From positions 1-64,000 of IMG/VR virus record IMGVR_UViG_3300011116_001048: DNA of 64,000 nucleotides. The stretch is one strand, 5' to 3'. The notes under the pieces were generated by a model. The model searched no databases, was not told the origin of the DNA, and saw only the letters and a list, made by a program, of their open reading frames with translations. The position numbers and the translations under genes are program-made. This document shows positions 63,328 to 64,000 of the stretch, one piece after another. Positions within the stretch are counted from its first letter, which is position 1. Every line of letters begins with the position of its first letter. This stretch comes from a virus.

Positions 63328-64000
63328 TCTATACAGAAGACCGATTTAGAATTAAACCCAGTTATCCAACATATCCACCATATCATATTGGTGATTATCT
63401 TGAAGATTATTTTTATAATAAATTTTCAAAAGAATTACCACATGTAAATGCAGATTATATTGGTATAAGTTGGACTACACTATACTGTGATAATAAAAAA
63501 CAAGATCTCCAAGAATATTTAAATAATCTTCCTATAAATGGTAACTATTTTACAGTGAGTCAACACGATGATGCTCCCATGGAGCATTTACCAAAAAATA
63601 CTTTGTGTTTTTCTGCTGGAGGAAATATACAAAAATCTGGTATAGTACCAATACCTTTAGTTTGTTCAGAATTACCAATAAAATCACAACAAGAAACACA
63701 TAAACGAGAATTGCTTGCATGTTTTGTTGGTTCTTATACTCACCCTATCAGACAAAAATTAATGAAAATTTGTGAAAATATAAAAGATATTACATTTTAT
63801 ATGAGACAATCAACTGGTAAGCCTTTGATACAAGATGAATTTAAAATGTTTATAAACAGTGCAATAAACAGTAAATTTTGTTTATGTCCTAGAGGATACG
63901 GTTTAAATAGTTTTAGATTATATGAATGTATGCAATTGGGTTGCATACCAGTTATTATAACAAATAAATTTTATTTACCATGGGAAGATGAATTAAATTG
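63324..64000 (+). CDS. exostosin-family (GT47) glycosyltransferase, 3'-truncated by window edge
   Basis: Hand translation from ATG 63324: ...FVGSYTHPIRQKL...SKFCLCPRGYGLNSFRLYECMQLGCIPVIITNKFYLPWEDELN; no stop before the window end, so missing from ORF track. Confidence 0.85.
   Translation, partial: MIYTEDRFRIKPSYPTYPPYHIGDYLEDYFYNKFSKELPHVNADYIGISWTTLYCDNKKQDLQEYLNNLPINGNYFTVSQHDDAPMEHLPKNTLCFSAGGNIQKSGIVPIPLVCSELPIKSQQETHKRELLACFVGSYTHPIRQKLMKICENIKDITFYMRQSTGKPLIQDEFKMFINSAINSKFCLCPRGYGLNSFRLYECMQLGCIPVIITNKFYLPWEDELN

Noticed and set aside
1-64000. Stop-codon reassignment
   Set aside because: Core genes are full length in the standard code; TAA, TGA and TAG all act as stops; no suppressor tRNA.

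Overview
A 64-kb segment of a lytic T4-like myovirus genome (gp13-gp23 head/neck/tail operon, T4-type baseplate, gp32/33/44/45/46/47/55/62, uvsW/uvsY, regA, rnh), translated with the standard bacterial code. The left ~11.8 kb is an accessory region: guaC, purA, a cytidine-deaminase-fold gene, uvsE, a SpoU methyltransferase, a PAP2 phosphatase, a ferritin-like protein, many small ORFs and seven dispersed CCA-less tRNA genes. The right end begins a glycosyltransferase cluster that runs off the window. Main observations: (1) tRNA genes that punctuate CDSs, supplying the upstream stop codon and abutting an SD-less downstream ATG. (2) Fixed-geometry promoters (TTGAYW-N16-TATANT, always G before the -10 hexamer, plus T4 late ATAAATA) whose predicted start sites fall on ATGs, implying leaderless mRNAs. 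(3) A start-less gp51-like ORF reachable only by a -1 frameshift at a U9A run at the end of gp26. (4) A G-hydrophobic-T motif pervading virion proteins, which together with eukaryote-like glycan-building GTs suggests virion O-glycosylation. (5) A tRNA-Ile(UAU) and a short-variable-arm tRNA-Leu(UAA). (6) A GC-to-AT nucleotide conversion kit. (7) A possibly miniaturised tail: 170-aa gene in the tape-measure slot, 395-aa sheath, no gp5 in the window. All family assignments are from motif recognition by eye; no database searches were run.
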